Of a DNA stretch of 64,000 bases, positions 48,736-58,916 are shown piece after piece (position 1 is the first letter of the stretch; each line of letters starts with the position of its first letter). Origin of the DNA: Nitrosopumilus sp. (GTDB taxonomy: Archaea; Thermoproteota; Nitrososphaeria; Nitrososphaerales; Nitrosopumilaceae); the NCBI GenBank assembly GCA_965205215.1, contig OZ242041.1:480001-544000 (forward strand), written 5' to 3'. The position numbers and the translations under genes are program-made. The notes beneath the pieces were generated by a model. The model was not told the DNA's origin, ran no database searches, and was given only the letters and a program-made list of their open reading frames with translations.

Positions 48736-50415
48736 ATGCCCGCGACGCTGCGCGCCGTCATGGTGCTGTTGAAACTGCTGCCGTCAGTGATTGCCCTGCG
48801 CCGTGACAGGCGCAGGTGGGCCAGCCTCAAGGGCGAGGACGGTGAACAGAACGACACGATCGACGAGGACGCGTTCCGCTCAAATGCGCGCCGCATGCTA
48901 AACGCGCTCATATCGCTCGGGCCCGTCTACATCAAGCTGGGGCAATGGCTCTCGTCGCGCGCAGACATACTGCCCCACCCGTACCTTGTGGAGCTTGCCA
49001 AGCTCCAGGACGACGTGCCGGCCGCGCCGTTTGAGGAGGTCAAGCCCATACTTGAGAGGGAGCTGGGGCCTCTTGGCGACACGTTTGAGGAGATCGACAA
49101 GACGCCCATATCGGGCGCCTCGCTGGGCCAGGTGTACCGAGCCGTATACGGCGGCAGGCAGGTGGCAGTCAAGGTAAGGAGGCCCGGGATAGAGAAGATG
49201 GTCAAGCGCGATCTTGCCGTACTCAAAAAGGCGCTGCCGCTTGCCCTGCGCTTTGTCGACCCGAACCTGAGGTACTCGGCGCAGGCCATGCTCTCCCAGT
49301 TTGTAGAGAGCATCCGGGAGGAGATGGACTATACCGCCGAGTCGGAGAACCTCAAGAGGATAAAGAGGGACATGTCCTCTGCCGCCGGCGGCAGCAGCAG
49401 CAACAGCAGCAGCAGACGTAACGGCAGCAACGGCGCCGCGTCGTCATCGTCATCGTCGGTGATAGTGCCGTCGGTGCTAGACGACCTGTCCTCAAGGGAC
49501 GTCCTGACCATGGAGTACATACCCGGCATCAAGATAACGGACATCGCGTCGCTTGACGAGAAGGGAATCGACCGGCAGAGGCTGGTAGTCGACGTGCACA
49601 AGGTCTTCTTTACGATGCTGCTGAGGCACTCCGTATTCCACGCGGATCCGCACCCCGGGAACATATCCGTAACCGATGACGGCAGGCTGATCCTCTACGA
49701 CTATGGGATGGTGGGGAGGCTCGACGACGAGACCAGAATGAGGCTGGTCCGCCTGTACCTGGCCCTGGTCGAGAAGGATCCCCCCCGGACGGTCAACGCG
49801 ATGAGCGACCTGGGCATGCTCGTGCCCGATACGAACAGGGAGGTGGTTGAGAGGGGAGTCGAGATGACAGTCAGGGCCATGCACGGGCGCAAGCCCGACG
49901 AGATGGAGGTGCAGAGCCTGATGGAGATGGCAAACCGCACGATGAGCCGGTTTCCGTTCGTGCTTCCAAAGAACCTGGCGCTGTACATGAGGATGGCCTC
50001 GATCATAGAGGGAATATACAAGACGCACGAGGTTGACTTCAAGTTCGTGCGCGTGCTGCGCGAGATCCTGGAGGAGGAGAGCCTCATCAAGGACGCGTAC
50101 GTGGAGGAGATAAAGCACTCCATAACGAGGCTTGCAAAGTCGATTGACGCGACGATATCAATCGCGCCCGAGCTCAAGCGGTACCTGGACGAGTCCAAGC
50201 CGCACGCGTTCGGCACAAGGCGGCGGGAGAACCGCGCCGACGCCAACATGATACTTTTGTCCGGCTCGATATTCTCCGGGGCCGTGTTTGCGGGATCGGC
50301 CGTCGTGTACGCGTTGCATGGCGCGGCCGAGCCGGCCGCGGCGGCGGGCATGGCCGGCTCGCTTGCAATAATGGTTGCATCTGTCGTACTTGCGCATAAG
50401 AGGCGCCACCGATAA
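48736..50415 (+). CDS. AarF/ABC1/UbiB family kinase
   Basis: LGPVYIKLGQ, ASLGQVY, VAVKV, HADPHPGN, DYGM. Confidence 0.93.
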   Translation: MPATLRAVMVLLKLLPSVIALRRDRRRWASLKGEDGEQNDTIDEDAFRSNARRMLNALISLGPVYIKLGQWLSSRADILPHPYLVELAKLQDDVPAAPFEEVKPILERELGPLGDTFEEIDKTPISGASLGQVYRAVYGGRQVAVKVRRPGIEKMVKRDLAVLKKALPLALRFVDPNLRYSAQAMLSQFVESIREEMDYTAESENLKRIKRDMSSAAGGSSSNSSSRRNGSNGAASSSSSSVIVPSVLDDLSSRDVLTMEYIPGIKITDIASLDEKGIDRQRLVVDVHKVFFTMLLRHSVFHADPHPGNISVTDDGRLILYDYGMVGRLDDETRMRLVRLYLALVEKDPPRTVNAMSDLGMLVPDTNREVVERGVEMTVRAMHGRKPDEMEVQSLMEMANRTMSRFPFVLPKNLALYMRMASIIEGIYKTHEVDFKFVRVLREILEEESLIKDAYVEEIKHSITRLAKSIDATISIAPELKRYLDESKPHAFGTRRRENRADANMILLSGSIFSGAVFAGSAVVYALHGAAEPAAAAGMAGSLAIMVASVVLAHKRRHR

Positions 50416-50423
50416 CCGTGCCG

Positions 50424-50915
50424 CTACTTTACGGCAATCTCGAGCCCCTTTCTCTTCCTGACCGGTATCACTATGGTCAGGACCCCCTTCTCGTACTTTG
50501 CAGTGGGGGATTGCCGCTTGTCTTCCTTCTCCTCGTCCTCTGCCGGCGCGCCGTCCCCACCGCCGCGCCTCGGACGGAATGCCGCGGCCGCCGGAAGGCG
50601 TATCTTCTTGTCCACAAAGCTGGGGCGCTGGGCGCAGATTATCTCGTTGCCACTCTCGCCGCCGTCCGGGCCGCCCTCGCCGCCCTTGATGTCGAGCCAC
50701 GCCTCCCTCTCCTTGCACGCCTGGATGCGGAGCATCCTGCCCCTCAGCGTTACACTGACGTCCTTTTTCTCAAACCCGGGCATGTCAGCTGCCACGATCA
50801 GGTTGTCGTCCCTGACGTACATATCAATCGGGGGCAGTACGAACTCGTAGAACTCCCTGGTCTTGGCCCCGATCTCCCTCGTCATCTCCTGCGCCAACCT
50901 CTCTGCCGGACCCAT
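50424..50915 (-). CDS. Small heat shock protein (Hsp20)
   Basis: PPIDM, ADMPGFEKKDV, AKYEKGVLTIVIP. Confidence 0.9.
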   Translation of the reverse strand: MGPAERLAQEMTREIGAKTREFYEFVLPPIDMYVRDDNLIVAADMPGFEKKDVSVTLRGRMLRIQACKEREAWLDIKGGEGGPDGGESGNEIICAQRPSFVDKKIRLPAAAAFRPRRGGGDGAPAEDEEKEDKRQSPTAKYEKGVLTIVIPVRKRKGLEIAVK

Positions 50916-51022
50916 CGACGTGTGTGGGCCGTCAAGCTATAAGTATTTGACCGTGCTGTTCCCCGCGCTCCCCACCCTCATCCAATCCATTTTGCTTTTT
51001 ATTATGTACGTGCGGCCACACC

Positions 51023-51820
51023 GTGTTGATAGTCGCGATAGAGGGGGTGGACCAGGCGGGCAAGCACACGCAGTCCGTAATGCTGCAGAGGGCGCTCAAA
51101 AAGCGCGGCATGTCGACAAAACTGTTCCACTTTCCAAGGTATGACACGCCCATCGGGCGCGCGATAAGTGGCCACCTGGTTGCAAAAAGGCGCAAAAGGA
51201 TTCCGCCCCAGGTCTTCCACTGCCTGCAGGCCGCCAACAAGTGGGAGTTCCTGCACGTGATAGAGGACGCGCTGCCGAGCCACGACGTCGTCATAATGGA
51301 CAGGTACCACTCCTCCAACGTCATATACGGCGCCGCAAACGGCGTCGACCGCAAATGGCTTGAGAGCCTGGAACGCGGAATGCCGGAGGCCGCGTTTACC
51401 ATACTCCTTGACATTCCAGTTACGGTGTCCTTTGAGAGGCGCCCCGCCGACCGCGACAAGCTTGAGCGCGACAAAAAGTTCCTCGGGTCGGTGCGCGCAG
51501 AATACCTGTCCATGGCCAAGAAGAGGCGCTGGAAGGTGGTGGGCGCGGACAAACCCAAGGGCGACGTCCACGCGGAGATGCTTGACTATCTTCTGCCAAG
51601 GCTGGAGGCGGCCGGGATCGGACGGCCTGCCAGGAAGGCGGGAAGGGCGGCGCCAGGCACGGCGGCGCGAAGCGCAAGGGCGCCAAGCAAGAAAGCGACG
51701 CCGACAAATAAGAACAATAAGAAGAAGAAGAAACCGGCGGCGCCTGCGGCAGCACGCCACCCCAGGACCGTTGCGGGCGCGCTCCGGAAAGGCAAAAGGG
51801 GGAGGCGTGGCCGCGCATGA
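51023..51820 (+). CDS. tmk: Thymidylate kinase with basic C-terminal extension
   Basis: IEGVDQAGKHTQ, FPRY, MDRY. Confidence 0.92.
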   Translation: MLIVAIEGVDQAGKHTQSVMLQRALKKRGMSTKLFHFPRYDTPIGRAISGHLVAKRRKRIPPQVFHCLQAANKWEFLHVIEDALPSHDVVIMDRYHSSNVIYGAANGVDRKWLESLERGMPEAAFTILLDIPVTVSFERRPADRDKLERDKKFLGSVRAEYLSMAKKRRWKVVGADKPKGDVHAEMLDYLLPRLEAAGIGRPARKAGRAAPGTAARSARAPSKKATPTNKNNKKKKKPAAPAAARHPRTVAGALRKGKRGRRGRA

Positions 51821-53097
51821 CCGCCGCGCCCGCCAAGAGATACCTGGACATCATCGACCCCATACACGGGTACATCAGGGTCTTTGACCGGGAGGTCGCG
51901 GTCATAGACCACCCGCTCTTTCAGAGGCTGCGGCGCATAAGGCAGCTGAGCGGGGCGCACCTGACGTACCCGTCGGCGCAGCATACCCGGTTCGAGCACT
52001 CGCTTGGCGTGATGCACATCGCAAGCCAGGCGGGGCACATGCTGATGGACAAGGGCATCATGGACCCGGACAGGCTTGCCCTGCTGCGCCTGGCCGCCCT
52101 GCTGCACGACATAGGGCACGGCCCGTTCTCGCACCTGTTTGAGGAGATACTGCACCTCAGCCACTCGTCCCACGAGCAGTTCGGCAAGCGGCTCATACTG
52201 GAGTCGGAGATCGGCGACATACTCTCCAAGCACGGCTTTGGCAAGAGGGAGGTGGTCGACGTCGCGTTCGGCACGTCCGGCCACCAGTACATGAACCAGA
52301 TCATATCCGGGGCCCTGAGCGCCGACATGATGGACTACCTGCGCCGGGACAGCTACTTTACCGGGGCCCAGATGGGCCGCACGGAGCACCAGCGCATACT
52401 CCAGTCCTTTGACGTGCACAGGAGGGAGCTGGCGCTAGAGCGCTCGGCCCTGTACTCGTTTGAGTCCATGATGCATGCCCGGTACCAGATGTTCAAGGCA
52501 GTATACTTTCACCGAACCGTCCGCGCCGCGGAGGTGATGCTGCTCGAGGCCCTCCGCATATCGGACGCCGAGTTCGGGTTCACCACGTTTGACCTGGACG
52601 ACATGCCGAACCTTACAGACGAGCCCGTCCTGTCCATGATGGCCACCACCGATATCCCGGAGCTTGCCCGCGCAAGGTCCCTTGCGGCGGACTACCAGAA
52701 CCGCAGGCTGTTAAAGTGCGTCTTTGAGCGCATCATCACAAGCCGCAGAAAGCTGCAGGGCATCAAGACCGACAGGCTGCGCTCCGCGATATCCGACGCG
52801 TCGGGCGTCCCCGAGTCGGCCATATTCGTCGACAGTTCAGCCACCCCGTCCATACCGCTTGCGCCCTCAAAGAGCGAGTCAAGCCACATCCTGGTGGTCT
52901 CGCCGCGGTCAGGCGGCAGCAGGAGGAGGAGCGGCGGCAGCAACAGGGGCAAGGAGGCAGAGCGCATGCCGATATCGGACATACCGTCGGTCCACGCAAT
53001 ATCCGGGTTCATGAACATCCTGCGCGTCTACACCACGTCCAGATACCGCAACAAGGTTGAAATTGCGACACGTTCGACACTTGATGACATATCATGA
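51817..53097 (+). CDS. HD-domain phosphohydrolase (dNTP triphosphohydrolase-like)
   Basis: [44 protein letters not shown]. Confidence 0.9.
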   Translation: MTAAPAKRYLDIIDPIHGYIRVFDREVAVIDHPLFQRLRRIRQLSGAHLTYPSAQHTRFEHSLGVMHIASQAGHMLMDKGIMDPDRLALLRLAALLHDIGHGPFSHLFEEILHLSHSSHEQFGKRLILESEIGDILSKHGFGKREVVDVAFGTSGHQYMNQIISGALSADMMDYLRRDSYFTGAQMGRTEHQRILQSFDVHRRELALERSALYSFESMMHARYQMFKAVYFHRTVRAAEVMLLEALRISDAEFGFTTFDLDDMPNLTDEPVLSMMATTDIPELARARSLAADYQNRRLLKCVFERIITSRRKLQGIKTDRLRSAISDASGVPESAIFVDSSATPSIPLAPSKSESSHILVVSPRSGGSRRRSGGSNRGKEAERMPISDIPSVHAISGFMNILRVYTTSRYRNKVEIATRSTLDDIS

Positions 53098-53873
53098 CCG
53101 CGTCACTGCCATCCTCATCATCCTCCCCCTCCCAGTCCGCCCGAAAAAGAAAGAAACGCATAGTCATAAAGCTCTCCGGCAGGGTCTTTGATCCCAACAA
53201 CACCCGCGTCCTCAAGGACTATGCGTCGTTCTTTGCAAAGATAAGCAGGGTGTGCCAGCCCGTAATAGTGGCCGGCGGCGGCACCATCGCGCGCCACTAC
53301 ATATCGGACGCGCGCTTTTTTGGCGCCGACGAGTCCACGCTGGACGAGCTCGGCATAGAGATATCCCGGCTCAACGCCAAGCTCCTCATATACGCGCTAA
53401 AGAACCGCGCGTACTCGCACCCGCCCACCACGCTGCAGGAGGTGCGGCACGCAGTCGACGACGGACTGATCGTGGTTGCGGGAGGGCTGCATCCGGGACA
53501 GTCCACCAACGGCACCGCGGCCCTGATAGCCGAGAAGGTGTCCGCCGACATGTTCCTGAACGCGACTGACGTGGACGGCGTGTACGACATGGATCCCAAC
53601 AGGTTCAAGCGGGCTAAGAGGTTCAAGCGGATCGAGCTCAAGGGGCTCAAGAGCATGCTGGTCCACGAGGACTCCATCGCGGGGGGCTACGACCTCATGG
53701 ATATAGTGGCGCTGAAGATAATCGAGCGGTCCAGGATAAGCACGCGCATCCTCAAGGCCGACCCCAAGCTTATCGAAAAGGCCATCAGGGGCACCGAGAT
53801 GGTGGGAACCGAGATCGTCCTGCCGCCGGCCGCGGCCGCCACAGGCGCAACGAAGCGCGGCAAGAAGAGCTGA
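53094..53873 (+). CDS. pyrH: UMP kinase
   Basis: VIKLSG, GGG.IAR, PGQSTN, TDVDGVY. Confidence 0.93.
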   Translation: MTASLPSSSSSPSQSARKRKKRIVIKLSGRVFDPNNTRVLKDYASFFAKISRVCQPVIVAGGGTIARHYISDARFFGADESTLDELGIEISRLNAKLLIYALKNRAYSHPPTTLQEVRHAVDDGLIVVAGGLHPGQSTNGTAALIAEKVSADMFLNATDVDGVYDMDPNRFKRAKRFKRIELKGLKSMLVHEDSIAGGYDLMDIVALKIIERSRISTRILKADPKLIEKAIRGTEMVGTEIVLPPAAAATGATKRGKKS

Positions 53874-53883
53874 GAGATGTTGA

Positions 53884-54252
53884 TCAGACGTCCCGCACCG
53901 TGGGGCGCGTCTCGGACCAGATCTGTATGCTGTCCCCTGGATATCTGGGCATTCCGCCGCCTTCCCCTCCTTCCCCGGCCGCCGTAAGCTTTTGGTATAT
54001 GGCCACGGCCTCGTCCCTCGTGACCGCCTTTGACTGCGCCTTTGTGTACCCGTCCGCGTCGGTTATTATCGCGACGAACCCGTCGGCGGACTCGACTACG
54101 GCCGCCATCTCCTCCTCGCCCACCGGCTCAAACGATCCGCCCACCTTCTTGGTGGTCAGGGTGAGCATTCCAAAGCCGGCCGCCTCGAACATCTTCATCT
54201 GCGACCTGCCGGCGCGCTGCTTGCCCTTCTGCACGGCCTGAAAGTACTGCAT
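53884..54252 (-). CDS. Conserved hypothetical protein
   Basis: MQYFQAVQKGK...MLTLTTKK...DADGYTKAQSK; shares an AT-rich spacer with the divergent gene. Confidence 0.7.
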   Translation of the reverse strand: MQYFQAVQKGKQRAGRSQMKMFEAAGFGMLTLTTKKVGGSFEPVGEEEMAAVVESADGFVAIITDADGYTKAQSKAVTRDEAVAIYQKLTAAGEGGEGGGMPRYPGDSIQIWSETRPTVRDV

Positions 54253-54303
54253 GGACGTAATGCGCGCTAATGATATAATAACCAAGCACTGCCATACGTA
54301 CCA

Positions 54304-54885
54304 GTGAATCCGAGGATCTTTGTCGGCGCGGCGGCGGGCGCGATGGCGGCCATCATAATAGGAATACTGGTGACGGGGCCTGCCATGGTGGCAGACAACG
54401 TGCCGCTCGTGCCCGGGATGCAGCAGGGGGACGGCGACGGCAGCAGCAACACCGCCCTGATCCTGCCGCTGCAGGTCTCCCTTGACGACATCGCAGTCGA
54501 AAAGATAACAGACAGGGCCGCCACGATCGAGATATCGTTCTCCGTACACAACCCCAACCAGCGCTCCGTCATAGTCCAGACGCTCGACTACCGTCTCTTT
54601 GAGACCGCGCACATCGGCGGCGACATCCTCCCCATATCCGGGGGGCAGATAGGCACCCGTCCCGGGGGGATGGTCGAGTTCGGCTCCAGCTACTACACGC
54701 TGCTTGCAGGCGGCACCATCACACTGAGGGACACGGTAAGCCTCCAAAACCAGGGCAGCCCCGGGCTGTGGCAGGCACTGCAGGACGGCACGGCGTCCTG
54801 GCGCGTGACAGGCGACGTCTTTTACAACCTCAGCTCGATGACCAGCGGACAGGAGAACGTGCTGAGCTTTGAGTTCGTACGCTGA
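54304..54885 (+). CDS. Membrane-anchored LEA_2/WHy-like protein
   Basis: TM, then IEISFSVHNPNQRSVIVQTLDYRL. Confidence 0.7.
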   Translation: MNPRIFVGAAAGAMAAIIIGILVTGPAMVADNVPLVPGMQQGDGDGSSNTALILPLQVSLDDIAVEKITDRAATIEISFSVHNPNQRSVIVQTLDYRLFETAHIGGDILPISGGQIGTRPGGMVEFGSSYYTLLAGGTITLRDTVSLQNQGSPGLWQALQDGTASWRVTGDVFYNLSSMTSGQENVLSFEFVR

Positions 54886-54977
54886 TTGTATCACAACATT
54901 TGCAAATCATGATACTTTCATTATATCAAAGGATTCCTGCCAAAGTTATAAAAGCGCCACGGATCGAATCTACCCAA

Positions 54978-55088
54978 ATGGCAGAAGCAGGTATGGCCGC
55001 ATACGGCGCAGCAGCCGGGGTCGCAATAGCACTGGCAGTAGTGTGTTTCGCTCTCCGTGGCAAGGGGCATCCCGAGCCCATTGAGTGA
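54978..55088 (+). CDS. 36-aa single-TM microprotein
   Basis: MAEAGMAAYGAAAGVAIALAVVCFALRGKGHPEPIE; TTATAAAA about 25 bp upstream and a T-rich tract downstream. Confidence 0.6.
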   Translation: MAEAGMAAYGAAAGVAIALAVVCFALRGKGHPEPIE

Positions 55089-55192
55089 GTAGATCACCAA
55101 TCTCTCTTTTTCGTTGTTTCCAGCATGTGCTGCGCGGCGCACGCCGTTCGCGCGTACCGCCGATCCTATGCCGTTCGCGCTGAGCCAGCCGC

Positions 55193-55885
55193 CTACTTTG
55201 CGGACTTGTCGCCGCCCAGTCCGAACATCTCGTGCAGGGAGATCTGCTTTGCGTTGCGCCGGGTCGTATAGCACCTTTCATAGTACTGGCAGGTGGTGCA
55301 CTCCGAGGACGGCTCCAGAATCGGGGTCTTCTTCTCCTTGAGCAGGCTTGCCAGGACGCGCGTCCTGCGCACCGTCTCCTCGAACATCTTCTTGTTGCGC
55401 GCCATGGAGAACATCACCTCCTTCTGGTATCCGGACATGTACACGATGATGCCGCTCTCCTTGCCGTATATCCACATGCAGGCGTTCAGGTACAGCGCGT
55501 CGGCCGCGTGCGGGGCCTCCATCCTCTCGCTTGCCTCCGCGTCGTCGCCGGCCGCGGCCGGGGGCGGCCTGAACAGTATCACCACATCGTCCACCACCAT
55601 GTCCGCCCTGCCCTCCAGCGTGATGCCGCCGTCCTCGACCTGGAACCTCTTGGACTCGCTGCCGTACTGCATCTTGCGCAGCAGCCCGGAGAGGAGGCCG
55701 CTGAACTCGCGCGACTCGACCTCCTTGGCGTCCGTCCTGTCGTAGTACGCGCGGCGCATGCAGCCCGTCACCTCCTTGAGGTGGACGTTTCTGACGTCCC
55801 CTGCGTCTATCACTAGTTCCAGCTCCCTCCCTATGGAGTCTATGGCGTTCTGGACTATGCTGCGATAGTCCCTGTCTCCCATCAT
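55193..55885 (-). CDS. Solo Cas4-like protein (PD-(D/E)xK fold, Fe-S cysteines)
   Basis: GCMRR...EGRAD...ECTTCQYYERC; no CRISPR array or other cas genes in the window. Confidence 0.78.
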   Translation of the reverse strand: MMGDRDYRSIVQNAIDSIGRELELVIDAGDVRNVHLKEVTGCMRRAYYDRTDAKEVESREFSGLLSGLLRKMQYGSESKRFQVEDGGITLEGRADMVVDDVVILFRPPPAAAGDDAEASERMEAPHAADALYLNACMWIYGKESGIIVYMSGYQKEVMFSMARNKKMFEETVRRTRVLASLLKEKKTPILEPSSECTTCQYYERCYTTRRNAKQISLHEMFGLGGDKSAK

Positions 55886-56140
55886 TTGTCACGTGGTTCA
55901 TAGCTTTGCTCTTATAGTTTGGGGTGTCGTGGTACGGGCGGCACGCCCGCCCTGCCGCACTCTTGCCTGCGGACGGACCTGTGCTGCCGCCATCACAGCC
56001 TGCCGCACCCGCGTCCTGCCGCCTGCCCACCCCCGGGGCGGCTACTGTGTGGTACAAACTACGAACTGTGCGTGGGTATTAAAGCCGGGACGCGGGCCAA
56101 TCTCAAGTATTAAATATGAAGAGATCTGCCTATTAGCAGT

Positions 56141-57805
56141 ATGAGCCTGATTCAGATCTCTAATCAGTCCGCAAAGAATCTGGGCAAAAAGTCCACGATC
56201 AGGTTCACCCAGTCCATATGCCCCGACTGCAACATGATCCTGGACGCCGAGGTGTTTGAGCGGGACGGCAAGGTGTTCATGACAAAGACGTGCCCGTCGC
56301 ACGGCGAGTGCGAGGAGCTGTACTTTGGCTCGTACGAGATGTACAACAAGTTTTCAACATACTGGCAGGACGGCAAGGGGGCGCACGCCCCGAACGTGAT
56401 GATAGACAAGTGCTCGTGCCCCAACAACTGCGGGCTGTGCTCCAACCATTTGTCGCACAGCGGCCTGGCAAACATGATAGTGACAAACAGGTGCGACCTG
56501 ACGTGCTGGTACTGCTTCTTTTACGTCAAAAAGGGACTGGAGGGCGCATACATGTACGAGCCCTCGCAGGACCAGGTCAGGGCCATGATGAAGACGCTGA
56601 GGGCCGAGAGGCCCATACCCGGCAACTCGATGCAGATCACGGGCGGCGAGCCCATGCTCCGCGAGGACATCACCGAGGTAATCAAGATAATGAAGGAGGA
56701 GGGGGTAGACCACATCCAGATGAACACAAACGGCATAAGGCACGCCATGGATCCGGAGGCCGCAAGGGAGGTCAGATTGGCCGGATGCAACAACCTGTAT
56801 TTGTCATTTGACGGGGTCACGGCCAGGACGAACCCCAAGAACCACTGGGAGATCCCGTACGCGCTCGACAGCTGCCGCAAGACCGGCACCACGGTCGTGT
56901 TCGTGCCCACCGTGATAAAGTCGATAAACGACCACGAGCTGGGCGGCATAATCAGGTACGCCCAGAAGAACATGGACGTGGTCCACGCGGTCAACTTCCA
57001 GCCCGTTTCTCTGACGGGAAGGATGGGCAAGACCGAGCGCGAGAAATACCGCATAACGATACCCGACTGCGTCCAGCGCATCGAGGAGCAGACCAACGGC
57101 GAGGTTACGATAGACGACTGGTTCCCCGTGCCGTCGTGCATGCCGCTTACAAACGTGATAGAGGCGTTCTCCTCAAAGCCAAAGTACGAGCTGTCGATAC
57201 ACTTTGCGTGCGGCGCCGGCACGTACATCTTCGAGGACGAGGAGACCAAAAAGTTCGTGCCGCTCACAAAGTTCTGCGACATACAGGGCATGCTCGAGCT
57301 GTTCGAGGACAAGGCCGAGGAGATCAGGTCGGGCAAGAACAAGTACTTTACGATGCTCGAGGTGGTGCGCAAGCTAAAGTCGTTTGTCGACACCAAGAAA
57401 CAGCCGGCCGGACTGGACCTTGCAAAGATGTTCGGCAACATACTGATGAAGCGCTCGTTTGACTCGGTGGGCTCGTGGCACGTCAAGGGATTGTTCTTGG
57501 GCATGATGCACTTTCAGGACAAGTACAACGAGGACCTGGAGCGCCTGCAGCGCTGCGACATACACTATGTGACCCCCGACCTGCGCATAATCCCGTTCTG
57601 CGCGTTCAACGTGATACCGGAGTGGTACCGCGACCGCATCCAGAAAAAGTACTCGATAACCGTGGAGGAATGGGAGGAGCGCGAGGGCGTAAAGCTCGAG
57701 GACGGGCTGTACCGCGGGCTGATGAGGCGGGGCGCCGGCGACGAGCTTGCGGCCGGATGCGCCAAGTCCGAGATGTTCCACCAGGCGTCGCAGGCTTTAG
57801 TGTGA
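56141..57805 (+). CDS. tes: Radical SAM tetraether lipid synthase (GDGT macrocyclase)
   Basis: N-terminal CPDC...CPSHG, CPNNCGLCSNH, CDLTCWYCF, GMMHFQD.YN.D.ER..RC.IHY...IPFC. Confidence 0.88.
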   Translation: MSLIQISNQSAKNLGKKSTIRFTQSICPDCNMILDAEVFERDGKVFMTKTCPSHGECEELYFGSYEMYNKFSTYWQDGKGAHAPNVMIDKCSCPNNCGLCSNHLSHSGLANMIVTNRCDLTCWYCFFYVKKGLEGAYMYEPSQDQVRAMMKTLRAERPIPGNSMQITGGEPMLREDITEVIKIMKEEGVDHIQMNTNGIRHAMDPEAAREVRLAGCNNLYLSFDGVTARTNPKNHWEIPYALDSCRKTGTTVVFVPTVIKSINDHELGGIIRYAQKNMDVVHAVNFQPVSLTGRMGKTEREKYRITIPDCVQRIEEQTNGEVTIDDWFPVPSCMPLTNVIEAFSSKPKYELSIHFACGAGTYIFEDEETKKFVPLTKFCDIQGMLELFEDKAEEIRSGKNKYFTMLEVVRKLKSFVDTKKQPAGLDLAKMFGNILMKRSFDSVGSWHVKGLFLGMMHFQDKYNEDLERLQRCDIHYVTPDLRIIPFCAFNVIPEWYRDRIQKKYSITVEEWEEREGVKLEDGLYRGLMRRGAGDELAAGCAKSEMFHQASQALV

Positions 57806-57880
57806 TTCCTAGCCTGCGGCACGCCGCGATCTGCATGCGTTTTGTATGATAAGACATTCCATCCGACACGCTGCGTTTCG

Positions 57881-57974
57881 AAAAGTCATATATAGCGCCG
57901 TGCCATATACTACACACGGTCCTGTGTTTTGTATAGAACACACTGGATACAATGTATCCAAGGGACCGCCTCCT
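57881..57974 (-). ncRNA. Candidate DUF3800-associated structured RNA (three-way junction + hairpin)
   Basis: Closing stem 57917-22/57963-68 encloses hairpins 57923-42 and 57944-60; further hairpin 57889-57909 then a U-run. Confidence 0.55.
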
Positions 57975-58718
57975 TCACAATGAGCAATTTCCTCGCTTAA
58001 AGACGTTGGGGTGGTTGAGATTGTAATACCTGTGGGATATGGATCTCCACCGATCCTGCTTTTCTCCGTGCGTTCTCGATCTTATCAAAACTGAATATGC
58101 AAAAAAATCACTGAGTTGAAGTATAGGTTCCTCCGCAACTCTTGCAAATTTTATCTGGTTGTCTATGTCTGAAAACTTGATAGTTTGTGGAAGATTGTGG
58201 GTTTTAAACAGCCGTCCATAGTTGGTCTGCATGTCTCTGTTTATCTGTCTAGTCACATATTCGTGAATGATTTTTCCCTTACCTTCTTGTTCAAGCAGGA
58301 AATACTGAAATCGTTCTGTTAAAAATGAAAGAGCCAATACCCTCTGCGATATTTTATTGATGTAGTTTTCGTATACATAATCCAGATCTATAATACAAGA
58401 AATTAGATGGCAGTCGAAATTTGCAATTATGCCAAACATTTCGTTTGCAACGGCATATTTGGCGTCACGATCGAGAACGTTGTACGGTGGTACGATTCCA
58501 TTACGCAATCCATGATAGGATAGCTTGAATTTGTCAGATAATTCAGATCCTACAAAATATTTGCCAATCATTCTTTCAATTTTTTGCTCTAGTGCTGTGA
58601 TCTGGCCGATCTCGACTATTACTCCTCCTAGTACAAAATATCGATGTTCTTGGTCGCGATCGGTGCGTGGGTGATAGTTTTGCACATGGCCACTCTCATC
58701 TACGTATAGGTTATACAA
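57975..58718 (-). CDS. DUF3800 family protein (AT-rich, acquired)
   Basis: LYVDESG, YFVLGG, ERF, LQLSDFFAY; markedly lower GC than flanks. Confidence 0.85.
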   Translation of the reverse strand: MYNLYVDESGHVQNYHPRTDRDQEHRYFVLGGVIVEIGQITALEQKIERMIGKYFVGSELSDKFKLSYHGLRNGIVPPYNVLDRDAKYAVANEMFGIIANFDCHLISCIIDLDYVYENYINKISQRVLALSFLTERFQYFLLEQEGKGKIIHEYVTRQINRDMQTNYGRLFKTHNLPQTIKFSDIDNQIKFARVAEEPILQLSDFFAYSVLIRSRTHGEKQDRWRSISHRYYNLNHPNVFKRGNCSL

Positions 58719-58916
58719 TCTTCTTCAATAGAGTCTAAGTCTTTAAATGTATGATGGAGGACTGGCGCTGCAATTGAGCCATACAAGCTTTTACTGAAAA
58801 GACGATCCTTTGTGTCCCCCCCGCTTATGGGCATGCCTACGCTGGCATGCCGCCGCGCAGGACTGCGCGCATCGGCTCGGTTTAAATTATTCAAAGGAGG
58901 CGTAACGATACCTGAC

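Noticed and set aside
55193-55885. CRISPR-Cas locus suggested by the Cas4-like gene
   Set aside because: No repeat-spacer array, cas1 or cas2 seen anywhere in the window
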